A stretch of 51,960 nt of DNA, taken from assembly GCA_919902125.1 (NCBI GenBank), contig CAKKQM010000038.1:1-51960 (forward strand). Direction: 5' to 3'. Below, one piece after another: positions 21,305-31,201 of the stretch. A program made the translations under genes and the position numbers. Origin of the DNA: Actinomycetes bacterium. GTDB lineage: Bacteria; Actinomycetota; Actinomycetes; Nanopelagicales; Nanopelagicaceae. The first letter of the stretch is position 1, and every line of letters starts with the position of its first letter. Under the pieces are notes generated by a model. That model was given only the letters and a program-made list of their open reading frames with translations. It ran no database searches and was not told the DNA's origin.

Positions 21305-21628
21305 TTAAATGAATGCTGCAAGGTCTTTAAGCAGCGCAGGTTTTGGTTTTGCGCCAATGATGGTTTTTACAACTTTGCCATTAACAAAAACATTGAGCGT
21401 TGGGATGGAAGTGATCCCATACTTAATCGCAATAGCCGATTCTTCGTCGGTGTTAAGTTTCACAATCTTCAATTTATCGCCATGCTCTTTGGCGATTTCT
21501 TCGAGGATTGGGGCAACTGCACGGCAAGGTCCACACCATTCGGCCCAAAAATCCACCAACACTGGCGTACTGCTCTTTAAGACAACCTCATCAAAGGTTG
21601 ACGTTGTTACTGGCTGTGGTGCGCTCAT
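21305..21628 (-). CDS. trxA: Thioredoxin
   Basis: 107 aa with the WCGPC active site. Confidence 0.93.
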   Translation of the reverse strand: MSAPQPVTTSTFDEVVLKSSTPVLVDFWAEWCGPCRAVAPILEEIAKEHGDKLKIVKLNTDEESAIAIKYGITSIPTLNVFVNGKVVKTIIGAKPKPALLKDLAAFI

Positions 21629-21710
21629 TCTCTACTCCCTTATATCCGATTACATAGATTACTGGTGAAAATCTCTCTGCGCGTGGTTAACCCCACCGGG
21701 TTAATGGTGC

Positions 21711-22658
21711 TTATTGGTGGGATAAGAAACGCTCCGCATCTAGCGCTGCCTGACAGCCAGAACCCGCCGCGGTTATTGCTTGACGGTAGGTGTGGTCAAC
21801 CAGGTCTCCGCACGCGAAGACACCAGCAAGATTGGTGCGAGTCGTGCGCCCAATAACTTCGACATAGCCTTCAGTATTGACGTTGATTTGGTTCAAAATA
21901 AGTTCACTACGGGGTGAGTGGCCAATCGCAACGAAAAGTCCAGTGTAATCACCGGTAGATTCTTCTCCTGTTATGGTGTTACGTAACTTAAGTCCCGCAA
22001 CTTTATCTTCACCAAGGACATTTATAACTTCATGGTTCCAGAGGAATTCAATCTTAGGATTGGCGAAAGCGCGCTCAACCATAATTTTGGAGGCGCGCAA
22101 AGTGTCGCGACGATGGATAAGAACAACTTTGCTGGCAAATCTAGTAAGAAAAGTTGCCTCTTCAATCGCTGAATCACCACCACCCACGACAGCAATCACC
22201 TGGTCACGGAAGAAGAATCCATCGCACGTTGCACACCATGAGACTCCACGACCGGAAAGCCTCTTCTCGTTTGCCAGGCCAATTTCTTTAAAGGCTGACC
22301 CCATTGCAAGAATGACCGACTTTGTCTGGAGTGTATTCCCAGAGCCATCTTTTAAAGTTTTTATCGGCCCAGAAAGATCCATCTCAACAATGTCATCGGT
22401 TACTAGAGTAGTTCCAAAGCGGGAAGCTTGTTTTCGCATTGAATCCATTAAATCTGGACCCATAACTCCCTGCGGGAAACCAGGGAAGTTTTCAACTTCC
22501 GTGGTGTTCATTAAAGCCCCACCAGCTGTTACGGAACCTTCATAGAGAATTGGTGCTAATTGTGCACGTGCAGCGTAAATCGCAGCGGTATAACCAGCCG
22601 GCCCTGAACCAACAACTACTACTTCATGAACCTGGTCTGTCGATTTTGTGATTGTCAT
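21711..22658 (-). CDS. trxB: Thioredoxin-disulfide reductase
   Basis: 315 aa with [10 protein letters not shown] (FAD), redox-active CATCDG and GGGDSA (NADPH). Confidence 0.93.
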   Translation of the reverse strand: MTITKSTDQVHEVVVVGSGPAGYTAAIYAARAQLAPILYEGSVTAGGALMNTTEVENFPGFPQGVMGPDLMDSMRKQASRFGTTLVTDDIVEMDLSGPIKTLKDGSGNTLQTKSVILAMGSAFKEIGLANEKRLSGRGVSWCATCDGFFFRDQVIAVVGGGDSAIEEATFLTRFASKVVLIHRRDTLRASKIMVERAFANPKIEFLWNHEVINVLGEDKVAGLKLRNTITGEESTGDYTGLFVAIGHSPRSELILNQINVNTEGYVEVIGRTTRTNLAGVFACGDLVDHTYRQAITAAGSGCQAALDAERFLSHQ

Positions 22659-22688
22659 ATCTTCTCCATAACCCCATCTTAGGTCGAG

Positions 22689-24353
22689 TTATTCCCCTGT
22701 TTCGGGAGTCGATTTACGACGTGACCCGGTGGCGCGACTAAATTGTATTTTTACTAACTCGCTAGTTACAGAGATCTCATTTACACGCATTGCTTTTGCG
22801 ATGAAATAGTACCCAATCGGGCTGATTACCATAATGATAAGAAGTTCTCCAACCCGAACCAAGGTAGATGTGTCGCTCTCTACCCACGTAAAAATGCGCG
22901 AAACCGTAAAGATCGGGAGCATTGCTATAAGGGAAGCGATGAATAATCGGATGTGCTGGCCAGAGAAATCGTGGAAGTAGATACGGCCAGTATGTCTCGT
23001 TAATAAAGCTAGCGTGACAAACAAACCAGCAATGTAACTGATTGAAAAAGCAAACCCCAAGCCAACTGTCACCCATTCATTTTTTAGGACATTCAAAAAC
23101 AGGTAGGAGAGACCCACGGCAACCATATTGATAAAAAGAATTGAAAGTACTTGAGTTTTTGTATCTTCAAATGCATTAAACCCGCGAATTAAAATTAAAT
23201 TAATACTAAATACGACAAGACCTATACCGAGGGAAGAAAGTACGTAACCAATATACGTTGCATCGCTCTTTTCGATACCGAAAAACAAAACTCGGGTGAT
23301 ATTTGGACCAAAGAGTAGAAATGCAACACCACTAGGAACAGTTACAACACCTACCATTCTTATAGCGCGTATAAGTTGTTGGCGAACTTCATCCCCCTTC
23401 TTATCGAGAGCAAGTTTTGAAAGGTGCGGCAAGAGCGCTGTAATGATGGAAATTGTGACAATAGAATATGGCAACATCATAATGAGATAAGCGTTACTAA
23501 ACGGGGTGAAACCTACACCTGTTTTAATTCCTTCTTTAGCACTGCGAACTGCAGCGCTAGTGGAAATATTCACTGTTACTAGATAACCTAGTTGTGAAAT
23601 TAAAACATAAACCAAGGTCCATCCAGCAAGGGAGAAAGACTTACTGAGCCCTTGCCACCCCAACTTAGGCCGCAGATGTATTCCAGTGTGTTTTACTACT
23701 GGAATCAATATTAAAGCTTGGATAACGACGCCGAGCGTTGTGCCCCAACCTAGGATTTGAGTTTGCGTTGTACTGATATTCCCAAGAGTTAAATCTGGCG
23801 CTACAACCAGAACAAGGGAGAAAATAACTATAACAACCAGATTATTTGCGATTGGTGCCCACATAAGGGGCGCAAAAGATCCACGAGCATTTGCTACTTG
23901 ACCCAACATAGTGAAGAGGCCTAGAAAGAAGATTTGTGGCAGACAATATCGAGTGAAAGCGACGGTTAAACGGAATTCAGTTTCAAAACCTGCGGTAGAA
24001 AATTCAGGAGCATAGATACGGACGAGTATTGGGGCGAAGAAAACACCCAGCGCCACTAGCGCAAGCAAGATGACGCTTATTGTCGTAACCAAACGGGATG
24101 CAAATGCGTGTCCGCCATCTTCATCACCAAAGGAACGAATTAGTTGCGGGACAAAGATTGCGGTGAGAGCTCCACCAACGAGCAAGTTATATAAAATATT
24201 GGGCATTGTGTTCGCGACGTTGTATGTGTCGGCCAAGAGCGCTGTTCCTAGGACGGCCACAGCCAGGATGCTGCGGATAAATCCAGTAATCCGAGAAAGT
24301 ATTGTCCCGAGCGCCATAACGCTAGAGGCATGAAACAACTCAGCAGGTTTCAT
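22689..24353 (-). CDS. murJ: Lipid II flippase MurJ/MviN (core domain only)
   Basis: 554-aa polytopic protein (~14 TM helices) with the typical MurJ N-terminus SRITGFIRSILAVAVLG. Conserved synteny. Confidence 0.88.
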   Translation of the reverse strand: MKPAELFHASSVMALGTILSRITGFIRSILAVAVLGTALLADTYNVANTMPNILYNLLVGGALTAIFVPQLIRSFGDEDGGHAFASRLVTTISVILLALVALGVFFAPILVRIYAPEFSTAGFETEFRLTVAFTRYCLPQIFFLGLFTMLGQVANARGSFAPLMWAPIANNLVVIVIFSLVLVVAPDLTLGNISTTQTQILGWGTTLGVVIQALILIPVVKHTGIHLRPKLGWQGLSKSFSLAGWTLVYVLISQLGYLVTVNISTSAAVRSAKEGIKTGVGFTPFSNAYLIMMLPYSIVTISIITALLPHLSKLALDKKGDEVRQQLIRAIRMVGVVTVPSGVAFLLFGPNITRVLFFGIEKSDATYIGYVLSSLGIGLVVFSINLILIRGFNAFEDTKTQVLSILFINMVAVGLSYLFLNVLKNEWVTVGLGFAFSISYIAGLFVTLALLTRHTGRIYFHDFSGQHIRLFIASLIAMLPIFTVSRIFTWVESDTSTLVRVGELLIIMVISPIGYYFIAKAMRVNEISVTSELVKIQFSRATGSRRKSTPETGE

Positions 24354-25441
24354 TTACGTGACCTTCTAATTCTTCGCACACTCTGGGTGAGAGCTGCTAA
24401 GAAAAGGAGTATTGCCGCTCCGGTTGTAAACCAAGCAACAGTTGGACTAATAACCGAGATACTTAGCGAGAGAAGCACGGCATCATTAATAGGACGACTA
24501 TGAGAGTTAACAAATTGCGCAAGAACTGCGGTTGTACCTGATGCAACGACGGTAATAGGAACTGAAAGTTGTGTTTTGGATTTTGCGTCCAACGTAACAC
24601 CCTTGATATCTGAGACTTGTATCCGCGAATTTAATGGGCGTAGTTGAAGGTCCACTGTAAGCGGAACATTAAAGTCATTCACCAAAGTGATTGGAACCTT
24701 TTCCTTCTCTGAGGTCAGGCGATACTTCCCGGAGACGATTCGCAATTTATGTCTTTGTATCGCTAAAGCCTCATTGGCATTATGAGCAAAGAAGAGTTGA
24801 CGTTCTTTATTTAAACCTGGCGCTAAAAGATAAGCCAGTTTCGATCGGAGCGTGTCCAACTCGGCAGGTGGCACGACGGTGCTCATTAAAGCGATCTCGC
24901 GTCGATTAAGGGTGTAAGAACGCACAGTATCTGCCGGTACTTTTACTGAGTTTGCGCCCCACTTAACAGTGCGTTTAATGCTCACTTCTCTACCAAGGGC
25001 AACTTGTAATCTGGTTTTACTCACATCAAAGTAATAACGAAGTTCAGTTGGCGCCAACCGCGTGGTCAAAGAAATATCAGGATGTCCATAAGGTAGTGCG
25101 ATTACTGGATCTTGCGCAGTTATGTATTTTAATTCTGAAAGCCAATTCTGCGCAGCGATATTCTCTAAGGCCATCGCTTCCACATCTTCAATGAGTGCAG
25201 CATCAATCAACCAGGTGCGAGGCTGGGCAGATGGTGAAAAAATTAATTGTCCCAACCTACCGGTAGGTAAAAGAGAAAGAGTCAACTCATCATCAAGAAA
25301 AACCCCATTTAGATCGCGATGCGGCGGTTCAAGTAGAACAATATTCTTGTTATCAATAGCGTGTGCTGATTGCAGGAAAAGAAAGGGCGATATAAGGAAG
25401 AAAAAAGATAAAGTTGCAAATAGTGTTCTGTGAAGTTTCAT
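24350..25441 (-). CDS. Secreted/membrane-anchored hypothetical protein (Rv3909/DUF6049-like by position)
   Basis: 363 aa with an N-terminal signal peptide (LFLQSAHA) and a C-terminal TM plus basic tail (RRIRRSRK). ATGA overlaps with both the upstream NUDIX gene and downstream murJ. Confidence 0.55.
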   Translation of the reverse strand: MKLHRTLFATLSFFFLISPFLFLQSAHAIDNKNIVLLEPPHRDLNGVFLDDELTLSLLPTGRLGQLIFSPSAQPRTWLIDAALIEDVEAMALENIAAQNWLSELKYITAQDPVIALPYGHPDISLTTRLAPTELRYYFDVSKTRLQVALGREVSIKRTVKWGANSVKVPADTVRSYTLNRREIALMSTVVPPAELDTLRSKLAYLLAPGLNKERQLFFAHNANEALAIQRHKLRIVSGKYRLTSEKEKVPITLVNDFNVPLTVDLQLRPLNSRIQVSDIKGVTLDAKSKTQLSVPITVVASGTTAVLAQFVNSHSRPINDAVLLSLSISVISPTVAWFTTGAAILLFLAALTQSVRRIRRSRK

Positions 25442-26070
25442 AGTTGCAATTCACCGCTTCGGGCAATTAATTTCTTCTCATCTGGATATGCCAAACGTTC
25501 AATAACCTCGTTTAAAGGAAACCAAGCAACCTCATCAACTTCAGTCACCTGAGGTGCAAGGGTCCCACCAATTTCACGGAATAAGTAATGGTGGACCGTT
25601 TTATGAATGCGCTTACCGCTGGCCATAAACCAGAAATCGATGACTCCCAAGGCTCGTGCAATTTCGCTTTCAATTCCAGTTTCTTCCATGACTTCACGGA
25701 GTGCCGCCTCTTCAGGGGTCTCCCCAGCTTCGATATGTCCCTTCGGAAGAGACCATAACAAACGTTCTCGCGTGGCATCTTTCTGGTCGATACGGCCAAT
25801 AAGTAGACCGCGCGTACCAGTGGAATCAATGACGAGACCTCCAGCGCTGATTTCATCGATCCGTTTAGCATAGAGATGCAAGGCTGCACGCTCATTTTTC
25901 GGTGCAACTTTTTGCTCTGGTTGCGCATGTGGATCATGTGGTTGTGGGGCGCGATTGGTGGGCCGCCTACGCCGCCTCTTCTTCTTTTTCGTACCTTCGC
26001 TGCCCGCACTGGGTGCAGGGGTCATGGAGCAAGGGTACTGCTCTAGCCTTATCCATTGTGACGAGTGCAT
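25438..26070 (-). CDS. NUDIX hydrolase, MutT4-like, with polybasic N-terminal tail
   Basis: Nudix box GHIEAGETPEEAALREVMEETG and N-terminal KKKKRRRRRP. An alternative ATG at 26025 (MTPAPSAG...) cannot be excluded. Confidence 0.8.
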   Translation of the reverse strand: MHSSQWIRLEQYPCSMTPAPSAGSEGTKKKKRRRRRPTNRAPQPHDPHAQPEQKVAPKNERAALHLYAKRIDEISAGGLVIDSTGTRGLLIGRIDQKDATRERLLWSLPKGHIEAGETPEEAALREVMEETGIESEIARALGVIDFWFMASGKRIHKTVHHYLFREIGGTLAPQVTEVDEVAWFPLNEVIERLAYPDEKKLIARSGELQL

Positions 26071-27491
26071 TGGGAGCCGCAGGAGAACTTGCCATCCGCT
26101 CTCTTATTGAGCGGGCGCCTCTGGCAAGTTCTTTAGCTGACGCCTTTAAGAGCGCGGGATATCGCTTAGCTCTTGTTGGTGGCTCAGTCCGTGACGCAAT
26201 ATTAGGCCGGTTAGGGAATGATCTAGATTTCACAACCGATGCTCACCCAGAAGTCTCCAGAAAGATTCTTAACGCGTGGGCAGAAAATGTGTGGGATACG
26301 GGGATTGCTTTTGGAACTGTTGCCGGAAGACGCGGTGATACAACTGTTGAGGTAACGACATACCGCACTGAAAGTTATGACATTGATAGTCGTAAACCAG
26401 ATGTTGAGTACGGCGATTCAATTGATGGCGATTTATCTCGTCGTGATTTCACAGTAAATGCAATGGCACTCGAACTTACCCAAGGAACGCCACTTTTTAT
26501 AGATCCATTTAATGGTCTGAGCGATTTAGGACGCAAAATTCTTCGCACACCAGTAAGTGCTGAAAGTTCTTTCTCAGATGATCCGTTGCGAATGTTGCGA
26601 GCAGTGCGATTTGCAAGTCAACTCAACTTCACTGTTGCAGATGATGTTCTTGCTGCCATAAAAGATATGTCAGGACGAATTTCTATTATTTCCGCAGAGC
26701 GCGTTCGCGACGAATTCATCAAACTCTTAATGTCGAATAACCCACGTATTGGAATCACAATGCTTGTTGACACCGGTTTGGCAGAATTAATTTTGCCGGA
26801 AATCCCCAAGCTGCAACTAGAAATTGATGAACACCATCATCATAAAGATGTTTACGAACACTCACTCACAGTGCTTGAGCAGGCTATTGCATTAGAAGAT
26901 CGCCTAGGTGGACCAAACTTAATTATCCGCTTAGCATCACTTTTGCATGACATTGGTAAACCCAAGACACGGAGTTTAATTGCAGGCGGTGGCGTTTCTT
27001 TCCATCACCACGAAGTTGTTGGCGCTCGGCTCTGCAAAGAACGGTTGAAAGCGCTTCGTTTTAATCGTGACGCTATTGATGATGTTTCAACTTTGGTCGC
27101 TCTACACTTACGTTTCCATGGTTATGGAGATAACGAATGGACTGACTCTGCAGTGCGGCGCTATGTCCGCGATGCGGGGGAACTTCTTCCACATCTCCAC
27201 ATTCTTACCCGCGCTGATTGCACAACCCGTAATAAACGCAAAGCCAATGCTCTTGCTGCAACCTATCAAAGTCTGGAAGAGCGCATCGCTGTATTGATGG
27301 AGGAAGAAGAGTTATCCAAGATCCGCCCCGATCTTGATGGCAGCGAAGTTATGCGCTTACTTAACGTCAAACCTTCTGCAGTTGTTGGCGATGCGTTGGA
27401 TTTCCTCCTTGAATTGCGCCTTGAACATGGCCCGCTTGGGCAAGAACGCGCGCAAGAAGAGCTAATGAGATGGTGGGCTGCTAGGAAGTAA
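26058..27491 (+). CDS. cca: CCA tRNA nucleotidyltransferase / poly(A) polymerase family, with HD domain
   Basis: Contains GGSVRDAILGR...DLDFTT (pol-beta NTase) and HD motifs (HHHKDVYEHS, LLHDIGKP). The start was moved to an in-frame GTG at 26058 because the track start (25902) overlaps the NUDIX gene by about 170 nt. Confidence 0.85.
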   Translation: MTSALGAAGELAIRSLIERAPLASSLADAFKSAGYRLALVGGSVRDAILGRLGNDLDFTTDAHPEVSRKILNAWAENVWDTGIAFGTVAGRRGDTTVEVTTYRTESYDIDSRKPDVEYGDSIDGDLSRRDFTVNAMALELTQGTPLFIDPFNGLSDLGRKILRTPVSAESSFSDDPLRMLRAVRFASQLNFTVADDVLAAIKDMSGRISIISAERVRDEFIKLLMSNNPRIGITMLVDTGLAELILPEIPKLQLEIDEHHHHKDVYEHSLTVLEQAIALEDRLGGPNLIIRLASLLHDIGKPKTRSLIAGGGVSFHHHEVVGARLCKERLKALRFNRDAIDDVSTLVALHLRFHGYGDNEWTDSAVRRYVRDAGELLPHLHILTRADCTTRNKRKANALAATYQSLEERIAVLMEEEELSKIRPDLDGSEVMRLLNVKPSAVVGDALDFLLELRLEHGPLGQERAQEELMRWWAARK

Positions 27492-28761
27492 AATTGAAGC
27501 GCGAGGTTCGCAATAATCGGCAAGCGGTTACTAGATATGCGATTGATATAACTACAGGCACAACCAAAGATTTTCCAGACGCAGGGAGCACTAAAGCAGC
27601 CAACACGGCGCCTGAAACAATTGCGCCATTTACTAGAACATCATAAACCGCAAAGACACGACCACGGAAATAATCATCAATTTTCGATTGCACGAGAGCA
27701 TCATTGGTTACTTTTAAACTCTGCCCAAACAAACTTGTAAAGAATGCCGCAATATAAAGTGGAGTTGGTTGCTGGGATACCGCAAGCAGTAAAGGTGTAA
27801 TAGCACTACCGATCATCATGTACTTAATCCATCTATGTCGACCAAAACGATTAACGCCAAATGGCGCAACAAGAGCGCCGCATATAATTCCAATGCCAGC
27901 AATTGATAGTGCAACTGCCAGACCAGATAATCCAGCGGCAGGGTTCTCTGGAGAGTGGAATGTGTTCCGCTCTAAAAGTAAAGCGACAAGGACGAGGGCG
28001 GTTAGGCCACCGCGTTGCACCGCAGTAGCCAGTATTCCTCGCGCTGCATCGCCGTGTTTTCCAAGGAATGCAAATCCTTCGCGCATCTCAATAAATCCTT
28101 GCCCGATACTTACTGTTGCTTTTTCATGATCCAAAGGTCCGATTTCACTCCGTTTGAGCCTTAATATTAAAGTTGAAGTTACGACATAGCCAATTGCTGC
28201 AACTAAAATTAATACCGCATCAGAATGGTTGGCACTGTGAATTGTTTCGAAAATCTTACGTAGAACAAATCCAATTCCGCCACCTAAGACAACCCAGAGA
28301 GAACCACCAGTTACAGCAATTGCGTTTGCTGTAATCAAGGACTCGGAGCCAACAATAAGCGGCAATCCTGCTGATAACCCTGCCAGTATCAATCGATTAA
28401 TACCGAAGGCAAGTAAGATTAAAACCGTGAGTTCTAGGCCAGTTTTTCCTTGAGAAATTAATAGCGCGATAACCAATAAATCAATAGCACGTAGAAGGTT
28501 TGCGATGAAGAGTGTTCGTTGACGGGAGACGCGATCCAAAATTGTTCCAACAAAAGGACCAATTAGTGAATATGGTAGTAGAACCACCGCAAATGCTAAG
28601 GCAGCCCCAAGTGCATCGGTTTGTCGTTCGGGTGAGAAAAGAATAAAAGATGCAAGCGCGCTTTGGAAAAGCCCATCTGTAGCTTGCCCTGTCCATCTGG
28701 CAGCGAATAGTCGTGAGAGTCTGGGATGGCGCAAAAGTCTCAGGAAACTCAAACTATGCAT
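27481..28761 (-). CDS. MFS transporter
   Basis: 426 aa with ~12 TM helices. Its 3' end overlaps the convergent cca gene by 11 nt. Confidence 0.8.
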   Translation of the reverse strand: MHSLSFLRLLRHPRLSRLFAARWTGQATDGLFQSALASFILFSPERQTDALGAALAFAVVLLPYSLIGPFVGTILDRVSRQRTLFIANLLRAIDLLVIALLISQGKTGLELTVLILLAFGINRLILAGLSAGLPLIVGSESLITANAIAVTGGSLWVVLGGGIGFVLRKIFETIHSANHSDAVLILVAAIGYVVTSTLILRLKRSEIGPLDHEKATVSIGQGFIEMREGFAFLGKHGDAARGILATAVQRGGLTALVLVALLLERNTFHSPENPAAGLSGLAVALSIAGIGIICGALVAPFGVNRFGRHRWIKYMMIGSAITPLLLAVSQQPTPLYIAAFFTSLFGQSLKVTNDALVQSKIDDYFRGRVFAVYDVLVNGAIVSGAVLAALVLPASGKSLVVPVVISIAYLVTACRLLRTSRFNFTS

Positions 28762-28812
28762 GTTAGTAAGGGTAGTTTCTTTAACCTCTATATTCTCGTT
28801 ATTCTAACCTCT

Positions 28813-29226
28813 GTGAAAACGGAGCGCGCCTACATCGACTACACGCTCGATAAGCGCGCGACCTTAATGGCTCTTTATCGAGGCGCCGTTAATGCTTGCG
28901 ATGCTGATCCTTATCTACTCCGAGCGGCGAAGTTTCATGGAGTAAAAGTCAAACGATCCTGTCCTGTCTGTAAGAAAAAATCATTGGTTGAACTACGTTA
29001 TACATTCGGTGATCAGTTGGGTCAATTCTCAGGGCGGATCAAGTCGAGCGATGAGTTAGTCGAGATGGAGAAGGAGTTCGGAGAATTTCGCGTCTACATC
29101 GTGGAGGTCTGTCGAGAGTGCTCCTGGAATCACCTCTGTGTCTCCTTCATTCTGGGCGATGGCACAGAGCGAAAAGCGCCTCGTCGCCAGCGCACCTTAG
29201 AAGATGAAGATTGGGTAAAGCGGTAA
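28813..29226 (+). CDS. DUF5318-like zinc-ribbon protein (Rv0049 equivalent)
   Basis: CPVC...CREC cysteine pairs and LLRAAKFHG. A GTG at 28813 (VKTERAYIDY...) matches the N-terminus of the mycobacterial homologue as I recall it. The track start (28726) would overlap the MFS gene. Confidence 0.7.
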   Translation: MKTERAYIDYTLDKRATLMALYRGAVNACDADPYLLRAAKFHGVKVKRSCPVCKKKSLVELRYTFGDQLGQFSGRIKSSDELVEMEKEFGEFRVYIVEVCRECSWNHLCVSFILGDGTERKAPRRQRTLEDEDWVKR

Positions 29227-29235
29227 CCTTCATAC

Positions 29236-31191
29236 GTGGGCCGCAAAATACTATTTCGAGCCGTCATATTCATTGGCGGCTTCTCCTTTATTGCCGGAGC
29301 GATCTTTTTTGCGCTGGCTTACTTTACAGTGAGTATTCCAAATCCGAATGATTACGTAAATAGTCAAGCAACGATTATTCAATATTCCAATGGCGCCGAA
29401 ATCGGACGACTTGGTGCACAAAATCGCACCATCGTCCCACTGGCGAGGATTCCTTTGGATCTTCGGTATGCAGTATTGGCTGCCGAAGATCGCAATTTTT
29501 ACTCCGAGCGCGCATTTAGCATCACGGGAATCTTGCGCGCAGTTATAAACAATTTACGCGGCGGGGCATTGCAAGGTGGTTCAACAATCACACAGCAGTA
29601 TGCAAAGACTGCTTTCTTGACACCCGAACGGAGCATTAAGCGCAAAATTAAAGAACTTGTGATTGCAATTAAACTCGAAAATCAACTTTCCAAAGATCAG
29701 ATTCTTGAAAACTATCTCAACACTATTTATTTCGGCCGCGGCTCTTATGGAGTTGAAACTGCTTCACAGCAATATTTCAACCGTAACGTTAACCAATTAA
29801 CTTTGGCGCAATCTGCTGTTTTAGCCAGTATCTTGCGCTCCCCTGGTTATTACGATCCTTCATACTCAAGGGCAAATGCAGAGCGCTTAGCTGCCCGTTT
29901 CGATTATGTAATTAGCGGCATGGTTGACGCGAAATGGCTTACCAAAGAGCAAGCAGTGAAAACAAAATTCCCAATTGTTCGAGCGCGTGTGACATCAGGA
30001 TCACTCTCAGGTCCCAAAGGTTATGTTATTGCTTTAGCACAAAAAGAACTTAACGCTCTTGGCTTCACGGATGATCAGTTATTGATCGGTGGCTTGATTA
30101 TCCGAACCACGCTGGACCAAAAGGCCCAACAAGCAGCTGTTGATGCAGTAGATAAACAGACACCGAAGAAAGTACCAGAGGGTCTGCATATTGGTTTAGT
30201 AGCGATTCGTCCTGGCACTGGCGAGATAATCGCACTTTATGGCGGCAAGGATTACTTGGTGCGCCAACTTAGTGATGCAACGCAATCAATTGCTCTCGCC
30301 GGTTCTACCTTTAAACCATTTGCCTTAATTGCGGCGCTTGAGCAGGGGATTCCGCTCACTTCTATATGGAACGGTAACTCACCTCAAATCTTCGATGACT
30401 TAGGTAAGCCTTATCCTGTTTCTAATTATGGGAATGAAGCATGGGGTCAAGTTAGTTTATTGAAAGCAACTTCACATTCTGTAAATACGGTTTACGTCCC
30501 TCTTGGTATCAAAGTTGGCCCAGATAAAGTTGTTGATGTTGCTCGCCGAGCAGGAATTCCGCAGAGTGTTGCAATGATGCCCACACCTTCGGTAGTTCTT
30601 GGGCCAGCTAGTCCGCATGTTGTTGATGTTGCCGCCGCTTATGCCACCTTTGCGGCACAGGGTATTTACGCAAAACCATTCTTAGTGAGCCAGGTTCAAG
30701 GTTCAAACAGAGGCGTTCTTTATGAAGCGAAGCTGCAGGGCCAAGAAGTTTTCACAAAGGATGTAATCGCCGATCTTACATATGCACTAAGTGAAGTTGT
30801 ACGAAGCGGTACGGGTACTTACGGCACAGCAGGGCTAAGGCGCCCAGCTGCAGGCAAGACAGGTACTAGCGAGCAGAATGCCTCAGCATGGTTTAGTGGG
30901 TATACACCTCAACTAGCAGCTTCAGTTGCCTTCTTTAGAGATAACGCATCGCTCTCACTCAATGGCATTGGCGGATTAACTTCGGTCACTGGCGGAACTT
31001 TCCCTGCCAAAGTTTGGACGGCTTTTATGAAAGGTGCACTTAAGGGCGAACCAAAAAAAGCCTTCCCAGCCCCGGTACATATTGGTGGAGTTGATCCCAT
31101 AGTGATGACTTCGCCCTCACCTACTGCAACACCTTCACCTATTGAACCACTCTTACCTACCGAAACACTCTTACCTACTGCAACGCTATAA
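29236..31191 (+). CDS. ponA: Class A penicillin-binding protein (transglycosylase/transpeptidase, PBP1A family)
   Basis: GT51 motifs EDRNFYSE, GGSTITQQ and RKIKE. Transpeptidase motifs STFKP, SVN and KTGT. N-terminal TM anchor. Confidence 0.9.
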   Translation: MGRKILFRAVIFIGGFSFIAGAIFFALAYFTVSIPNPNDYVNSQATIIQYSNGAEIGRLGAQNRTIVPLARIPLDLRYAVLAAEDRNFYSERAFSITGILRAVINNLRGGALQGGSTITQQYAKTAFLTPERSIKRKIKELVIAIKLENQLSKDQILENYLNTIYFGRGSYGVETASQQYFNRNVNQLTLAQSAVLASILRSPGYYDPSYSRANAERLAARFDYVISGMVDAKWLTKEQAVKTKFPIVRARVTSGSLSGPKGYVIALAQKELNALGFTDDQLLIGGLIIRTTLDQKAQQAAVDAVDKQTPKKVPEGLHIGLVAIRPGTGEIIALYGGKDYLVRQLSDATQSIALAGSTFKPFALIAALEQGIPLTSIWNGNSPQIFDDLGKPYPVSNYGNEAWGQVSLLKATSHSVNTVYVPLGIKVGPDKVVDVARRAGIPQSVAMMPTPSVVLGPASPHVVDVAAAYATFAAQGIYAKPFLVSQVQGSNRGVLYEAKLQGQEVFTKDVIADLTYALSEVVRSGTGTYGTAGLRRPAAGKTGTSEQNASAWFSGYTPQLAASVAFFRDNASLSLNGIGGLTSVTGGTFPAKVWTAFMKGALKGEPKKAFPAPVHIGGVDPIVMTSPSPTATPSPIEPLLPTETLLPTATL

Positions 31192-31201
31192 ATAGGCCGC
31201 A

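Noticed and set aside
21687-21704. Perfect 7-bp palindrome TTAACCC-CACC-GGGTTAA between trxB and trxA
   Set aside because: The stem is short with no adjacent U-tract, and the genes are probably co-transcribed. This is insufficient to call a terminator or operator.
21973-22545. 190-aa ORF on the plus strand inside trxB
   Set aside because: It is antisense to a strongly supported gene. Its translation is Ser/Arg/Pro-rich low complexity with no motif. This is a typical shadow ORF.
25902-26057. N-terminal 52 codons of the track ORF for the CCA-adding enzyme
   Set aside because: This stretch would overlap the divergent NUDIX gene by about 170 nt. It translates to Trp/Ala/Ser-rich sequence unlike the family N-terminus, and an in-frame GTG at 26058 precedes the conserved domain.
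31144-31191. Short tandem LLPTET/LLPTAT repeat at the C-terminus of PBP1A
   Set aside because: It has only two imperfect units within a Pro/Thr-rich linker tail, which is ordinary low complexity.
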